Below, piece after piece: positions 27,069 to 32,000 of a stretch of DNA of 32,000 nt (positions are counted from its first letter, which is position 1; each line of letters starts with the position of its first letter). A program made the position numbers and the translations under genes. The stretch covers positions 240,001 to 272,000 of the forward strand of contig OY781871.1 of the NCBI GenBank assembly GCA_963677105.1, read 5' to 3'. The notes beneath the pieces are model-generated. The model was given only the letters and a program-made list of their open reading frames with translations, was not told the DNA's origin and did no database searches. This stretch comes from Candidatus Saccharimonadota bacterium (lineage in GTDB: Bacteria > Patescibacteriota > Gracilibacteria > UBA4473).

Positions 27069-28877
27069 ATGAAAAAAATATCCATCGGCTGTCTTTGTCT
27101 TATGCTTCTTACAGGAAATGTACACGCAAAACTAATTGGACATTGGCCTCTCAGACCAAAAACTCCTTTACGTGTAGAATGGAATGCCGAAAATACTGAT
27201 AATACTTGGAAAAATGGATACGATATTGCTGATTTAGCGACAACTGTTCCTCAAGTTGTAACTATTGATGATAAAACACAAGTATGGGAACAAGTTGGTC
27301 CCAATAATATTTTTTCAAGTTCTCTTATTCCGGTAGATCCGAGTAAAGAATATAGACTTTCTGGAAAATTCCGCAGCACAGGAAAAACTCTTTCAAAAAT
27401 ATATTTTGGATTTGTGCCAATGTTAAACAATGAGGCAAAAAGTGAACAAGCATCTCAAGTCTCCTTTCGAAAAGGAAATGATGGAATATTTATGGAGTTA
27501 GATAAAGGAACCATTGTCGTAAAGTATGATTTAACAGATTGGAACAGCGATAAAGACCCATTTACCTCTCGTTTCATGGGATTTTATTATGATGGAGACA
27601 CAAATAAGCCGGCTGATTTTATAATGGCTTCGCCTACATATGGAAAAGATCAAGGAGCTTTTACGAGTATAGAAAAAAATATCATCAATCTTTCTGCTGA
27701 TCCTCCAGAAGAAGTTATGAATCAATTAATTCCAGGACGTTCTGTTATAAAAAATCACTATACAGGTGCTGGAAGTTATCTCTATTCTGCCGCTGAAAAT
27801 GAGACTGTTACAGAAAAGTGGACCACTTATTCGGCTATATCAACTGGAGATGGTTGGACTCAATCAGCTAGCACAAATTTTCGTCCTTTTACTCGATACG
27901 TACGACTTGTACTATTGCTAAATTATGATCAAGACAAGGAATCGGTTATTCAATTTGATGATCTTGTCCTTGAAGAAGTAAACGAACTAGGACTAACTGT
28001 ATATGATGAATCTCCTATTGAAGATCTCGCCATAGATTCTCATAATCATGGAAGAAAAATTGGAAGAACTTCTACAATAAATCGAGATGTCTACACTGCT
28101 GGTGTGAATAATATTCCTAATGGAGCAATGCAATTTGATGGAGCGAGTGATTATATTTCTTTACCAGATGACATAGGATATTCCACTGAGGTTTCTGCTT
28201 TTGCCTGGTTCAAATCAAAAGGTGAACCCAAAGGCGGATATCACGTAATATTTGGTGGACAAGAACTTGAAATAAGTATCGATTCCAAGCAAGTTCTTCG
28301 AACAGGTATTTTTACTGATAAAAGATATATTTCAAATTATTCCACGAAATTATTAGACGGAGAATGGCATCATATCGGATTCACTTTCAATGGAAAGCAA
28401 AAAATAACGTACATCGATGGAAAAAATATTGGTACCAAATCTATCTATGGACATCTCACCTCTTCGTTTAAAGACCGAACCATTGGAAGGTTTGGAAATA
28501 GTGATGACTATTATTTAAATGGAGCACTTGCTGATATACGAATTTATGATCACGCACTTTCTCTTCAAGAAGTAAATAATATTGCTTACAAAGAAGATAC
28601 TTTCGCTTCAGATACCGATATCGAAACAATAAATGATAAAAAATTAGCAAGACATAATTTATTGTACTGGGATATTATAAATAAAAAATATTGGATAGGA
28701 CTTTTCGATAAAACTGCTCAAACAATAAAACCATCAAAAGACACTTTTAAAGATACTGCTGAATTATCTACACTTCAAAGTGAAAATAAGGCAACAAACA
28801 AGTTGTTATATTGGGACACGGATAAAAAGAAATATTTCATCGGACAACCCGACGGCACAATGCGTCCTCTGCGATGA
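27069..28877 (+). CDS. Secreted protein with an N-terminal CBM-like jelly-roll region, a LamG/concanavalin-A-like lectin domain and two C-terminal LLYWD...KKY-x-IG repeats
   Basis: 602 aa. The ATG directly abuts the upstream TAA. Signal peptide MKKISIGCLCLMLLTGNVHA. LamG-like region at about 28120-28590: GAMQFDGASDYISLPDD, FAWFKSKG, DGEWHHIGFTFNG, LNGALADIRIYDHALSLQEVNNI. The N-terminal half ends VIQFDDLVLEEV, as in CBM4/9-type modules. Confidence 0.75.
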   Translation: MKKISIGCLCLMLLTGNVHAKLIGHWPLRPKTPLRVEWNAENTDNTWKNGYDIADLATTVPQVVTIDDKTQVWEQVGPNNIFSSSLIPVDPSKEYRLSGKFRSTGKTLSKIYFGFVPMLNNEAKSEQASQVSFRKGNDGIFMELDKGTIVVKYDLTDWNSDKDPFTSRFMGFYYDGDTNKPADFIMASPTYGKDQGAFTSIEKNIINLSADPPEEVMNQLIPGRSVIKNHYTGAGSYLYSAAENETVTEKWTTYSAISTGDGWTQSASTNFRPFTRYVRLVLLLNYDQDKESVIQFDDLVLEEVNELGLTVYDESPIEDLAIDSHNHGRKIGRTSTINRDVYTAGVNNIPNGAMQFDGASDYISLPDDIGYSTEVSAFAWFKSKGEPKGGYHVIFGGQELEISIDSKQVLRTGIFTDKRYISNYSTKLLDGEWHHIGFTFNGKQKITYIDGKNIGTKSIYGHLTSSFKDRTIGRFGNSDDYYLNGALADIRIYDHALSLQEVNNIAYKEDTFASDTDIETINDKKLARHNLLYWDIINKKYWIGLFDKTAQTIKPSKDTFKDTAELSTLQSENKATNKLLYWDTDKKKYFIGQPDGTMRPLR

Positions 28878-28936
28878 ATATTTGATAGCTTTTAAATCTT
28901 CCGATACACTGCGTTAGAACTTTATCCATATATTTT

Positions 28937-29560
28937 ATGAAATCTATTGCAAACATTCTCGTAAAACACGATATCGTGCGTACAAACTTCAGTAATCCTT
29001 TTGTTTGGGCAAGTGGTATTCATTCTCCAATTTATTGTGATTGTCGAGAATTAATGAGTCTCACGGAAGCGAGAAATGAAATTGTCGATGGATTTATTGA
29101 ATTAATTAAAACTAAAAATCTTCCTACTGATACAATTGCCGGAACAGCAACTGCCGGAATTCCATGGGCTGCATTTGTAGCAGAACGATTAGCGAAACCA
29201 ATGCTTTATGTCCGAGCAAAACCAAAAGATCATGGAGCTGGAAAAATGGTAGAAGGACGAGGAGAACAAAATAAAAATATTCTTGTAGTTGAAGATGCGA
29301 TTAGTACTGGAGGAAGTAGTATTACTTCTGCAATTGCACTCCGAAATGAATTAAATGCAACTGTCGAACATATTTTGGGAATATTTACTTGGAGTACTCC
29401 AAAAATTTCTGAAAATGAAAAAGAACACCATATAAAATTTCATTCTCTCACTAATTTTTCTGAAATTGTAGAAGCACTTGAATCCGCAGGAAAAATTACA
29501 ACTGAAGAACAAGCTTCATTAAGTCGATTTCACGAAAATCCTCGTAAATGGTGGAAGTAG
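28937..29560 (+). CDS. pyrE: Orotate phosphoribosyltransferase
   Basis: 207 aa. FVWASGIHSPIYCDCR N-terminal motif and PRPP-binding loop ILVVEDAISTGGS. Confidence 0.88.
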   Translation: MKSIANILVKHDIVRTNFSNPFVWASGIHSPIYCDCRELMSLTEARNEIVDGFIELIKTKNLPTDTIAGTATAGIPWAAFVAERLAKPMLYVRAKPKDHGAGKMVEGRGEQNKNILVVEDAISTGGSSITSAIALRNELNATVEHILGIFTWSTPKISENEKEHHIKFHSLTNFSEIVEALESAGKITTEEQASLSRFHENPRKWWK

Positions 29561-29650
29561 GCGCTTCGCGCTTCGAATATAAAAGTACAAAGATCAAAAT
29601 AGAGATATTTGAATTTTGTTATTTGCTATCTGTACCTTGGAGCGAAGCGA
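29561..29650. repeat. Inverted pair of intergenic-repeat copies forming a ~90-nt imperfect palindrome between convergent genes
   Basis: The left arm GCGCTTCGCGCTTCG starts 1 nt after the pyrE stop. The right arm is GGAGCGAAGCGA (29639..29650). CGCTTCGC (29562..29569) is perfectly complementary to GCGAAGCG (29642..29649). The interior contains AAAGTACAAA (29582..29591) and TTGTTATTTG (29616..29625). Confidence 0.7.
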
Positions 29651-32000
29651 TTAATTTTGCTGCTTCTGCGCGAGATAATGCTGCATGTGGATGAAATAAT
29701 CCATCAGTATATCCTTGAACCATTCCTCGACGTACAGCTTCTTCCACCCAAACACGTTCCCATCCAACAGTGTCTGAAAAAATTGGAGTACTCAATAAAT
29801 CTAATTTTTGAGGAATAATCTTTTCTATAGCAAGTAATATTTTCACCGCTTCAGCACGCGATAAATCTTGTTTTGGTCGAAATGTACCATCTATATATCC
29901 TCCAATTATTTTTTTTGCTGCTAAAAACTGAACAGCATCAAATGTTTCATCTTCTCGTAATAAATCTGTAAATTGAGGAATAAGTGGGGCTCTGCTAAAA
30001 TTTTCTCCATATCTATCTAGAACAAGCATTTGAACAAAGTCTCCTCTCGAAACAGCTCTTTCTAAATGGAGTTTCCCATTCAATTCTGGCTGGAGAATAT
30101 TTTTTTCAACCAAATCCAAGACAAATGGCATTGCCCAGTGATTCGGATCAAAATCACGAACAAATGCTCTGTCACTTGGTAAAGCATTTTCTCTTCCTCC
30201 AGAAATAATTGAAAAACAACGAAATAAAGTACAAAACTCAACTTCTGTCGCAACACCAAATGGTTCTGCAAATACTTCAGGGAAAAGAACAAATAATTGT
30301 CGTTGTGCTGCAGAAAAAGGTGCAATTTTTATCCATCGATCTGGTGTCACTCGATCGTGGAAATCAAATGATCTCCAAATATTTTTCATATCTTTCCACA
30401 AAGGAACTCCGTTTACAAGCTTAATCCCAGTGTCTTGCAACTCCGTATTTATTTTCCACAATTTATCAACAACAAGCCAAATATCTGTAGACGTAATCAG
30501 TACTTTTTCTAACTCAGTACGCGTTGTGTTTTCAGTGAAAAACAAAGTTTTAATTCCAAATCTTCGTGAAATAGAAAGAATCGCATCCAAAGATTCTGTA
30601 GAAAATATATGTTGCTTCTTTTCTCCCGTTTCTAATATTGTTGCTATACGCGAAGCAGCCCATTGTCGCGGAAGCCAATCAAACCAAGTCCGATCCTCAT
30701 TTGATTGCAAAACAGAATCAATTCTTCCAACGAATACTGGTGAAAGCGAAGTAGATTGAGGAATCAATTCTGTCGGGAGAATTTCTTTTTCATTCTCTTG
30801 CAAAAGAACATCTGATGCATACAAAGGATGACGACGATTTTCTACTGAAGAAAGTAATTCTTCTGCTTCTCTTGTTCCTAAAACACTTCTAAATGCTCGT
30901 TGTACAACTCCTTTCGTCGCTACAGCAATCTTTTTCCATACAGAAGATTGTTCCGGTGAAAAAAACTGTAATACCGCAATCGGAGCTCCTCCAGAAACTG
31001 CTGAAATATCTTTCGCATCAGAAAAAATCATAAGAATATGATCTGTCACTGGTTGACTCACTCGAGAAAGAATCTCTGATATATCACATTTTCCTAATGG
31101 ATTTCTCCACGCAGTAGATTCAATGATTTTTTTTCTCAACGCAAGAGTATTTGGTTCAAAACTCTCATCATCTCCCACGAGCCATTCAATTCCTTCTGTT
31201 CCAATAAATGCTACTCGAAAAGATCTTTCCTCTTGGTGTTCTAATAAAAAACGAAGCAATTCCTGTACATGTGCCCATACATCTGACATTGATCCTGATG
31301 TGTCTAATAAAAGCGTAACATTATGAAACTCTTGCACTGGTGGCAACGAACGAAAATGCGCTACATATTCATGATCCCCTGTAAAAAATCGCGCTTCTGG
31401 ATCATTTTCTTTTGACCAAATAATTCGTAAATTTTTTGTTGGAAGAAATGAGGCAATTTGACGCAACGCAACAATTCCTGTTTCTGAACGATCCATTATT
31501 GCCTCCGATAAAAATGGCGACCAAAAATGTTGAATTGGGTCCATTTGTGCCACAGAAAATTCTATATGAAATAATTCATCTTCTATTCCGTCATTTAAAA
31601 AGATTTCTATCCCATCAAATCCTCCTTGATGAGAAACCGGAATATTGTATTCCAGAACCACTTCTACTGATTCATTCGGGAGAATAGAAAATTCTGTTGT
31701 TCGAAATACGCGCGTCCATGGATTTTCTGCCAGTCTAAAAAAACGAATATCTTTTTTTTCTTCTGCTGCGTCCGCTAGAGCGTCTAATCGAGCTCTATCT
31801 TGAAATTCTACAAGTGAAATTCCATTCGCATTTATAAAACATTTAATGTCTTTTGTTCCTAAGGAAGCTGGCCACCAAGAATGAGTTTTTAAGAGCTTTA
31901 ATGTTGGATTGAAAAAAACAGATCGTATTCGCACATGAGCGTCTTTTTCTATAACTGAAATTTCCACAGTCCTTTCCTTACGAATAAGCCCAGAATCCGG
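29619..32000 (-). CDS. VIT-like + von Willebrand factor A domain protein with two C-terminal SLH (S-layer homology) repeats; 5' end probably outside the window
   Basis: The track starts at GTG 31967, but the frame stays open to base 32000 (PDSGLIRKERTVEISVIEKDAHVRIRSVFFNPT, VIT-like). vWA MIDAS motif: VTLLLDTSGSMSD. SLH repeats: FTDL...DAVQFLAAKKIIGGYIDGTFRPKQDLSRAEAVKILL and FSDTVGWERVWVEEAVRRGMVQGYTDGLFHPHAALSRAEAAKLIASL. Confidence 0.75.
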   Translation of the reverse strand, partial: PDSGLIRKERTVEISVIEKDAHVRIRSVFFNPTLKLLKTHSWWPASLGTKDIKCFINANGISLVEFQDRARLDALADAAEEKKDIRFFRLAENPWTRVFRTTEFSILPNESVEVVLEYNIPVSHQGGFDGIEIFLNDGIEDELFHIEFSVAQMDPIQHFWSPFLSEAIMDRSETGIVALRQIASFLPTKNLRIIWSKENDPEARFFTGDHEYVAHFRSLPPVQEFHNVTLLLDTSGSMSDVWAHVQELLRFLLEHQEERSFRVAFIGTEGIEWLVGDDESFEPNTLALRKKIIESTAWRNPLGKCDISEILSRVSQPVTDHILMIFSDAKDISAVSGGAPIAVLQFFSPEQSSVWKKIAVATKGVVQRAFRSVLGTREAEELLSSVENRRHPLYASDVLLQENEKEILPTELIPQSTSLSPVFVGRIDSVLQSNEDRTWFDWLPRQWAASRIATILETGEKKQHIFSTESLDAILSISRRFGIKTLFFTENTTRTELEKVLITSTDIWLVVDKLWKINTELQDTGIKLVNGVPLWKDMKNIWRSFDFHDRVTPDRWIKIAPFSAAQRQLFVLFPEVFAEPFGVATEVEFCTLFRCFSIISGGRENALPSDRAFVRDFDPNHWAMPFVLDLVEKNILQPELNGKLHLERAVSRGDFVQMLVLDRYGENFSRAPLIPQFTDLLREDETFDAVQFLAAKKIIGGYIDGTFRPKQDLSRAEAVKILLAIEKIIPQKLDLLSTPIFSDTVGWERVWVEEAVRRGMVQGYTDGLFHPHAALSRAEAAKLIASLQGTDSK

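Noticed and set aside
1-32000. Alternative genetic code (UGA recoded as Gly, as in Gracilibacteria/Absconditabacteria)
   Set aside because: TGA terminates three well-supported genes at family-appropriate lengths (2366-2368, 16861-16863, 24262-24264). No long gene needs read-through of TGA.

Overview
AT-rich, gene-dense bacterial chromosomal window read with the standard code: TGA ends three well-supported genes. I call 14 protein genes, one candidate small ORF and a one-piece tmRNA. Housekeeping genes are a bifunctional Rel/SpoT (p)ppGpp enzyme, a class B PBP transpeptidase, a fused transketolase, DnaJ, PyrE and an amidase-SpoIID cell-wall hydrolase fusion. They are interspersed with many secreted or surface proteins. 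These include a Cys-rich tail-fibre-like protein with a small lectin-like partner, and a VIT-vWA-SLH protein. The main candidate system is a 10.5-kb cassette at 18379-28877: a 1961-aa DUF11-repeat surface protein, a translationally coupled membrane-anchored FtsK/HerA/VirD4-type ATPase with a large uncharacterised N-terminal domain, and a secreted CBM-like + LamG lectin. Other notable signals are a recurrent intergenic repeat family (GC-rich TCGCTTCGCT-like head plus A-rich CAAATAACAAAGTACAAA-like tail) at most gene boundaries, perfect 21-nt inverted copies of it bracketing the tmRNA, and an orphan PIN-like (DUF4935-type) gene with a leaderless-style promoter. No inspected start codon has a Shine-Dalgarno sequence. 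The gene content and style fit an uncultivated small-genome lineage (Patescibacteria/CPR-like), but that is inference only. No CRISPR array, tRNA, rRNA, transposase or integrase was seen.
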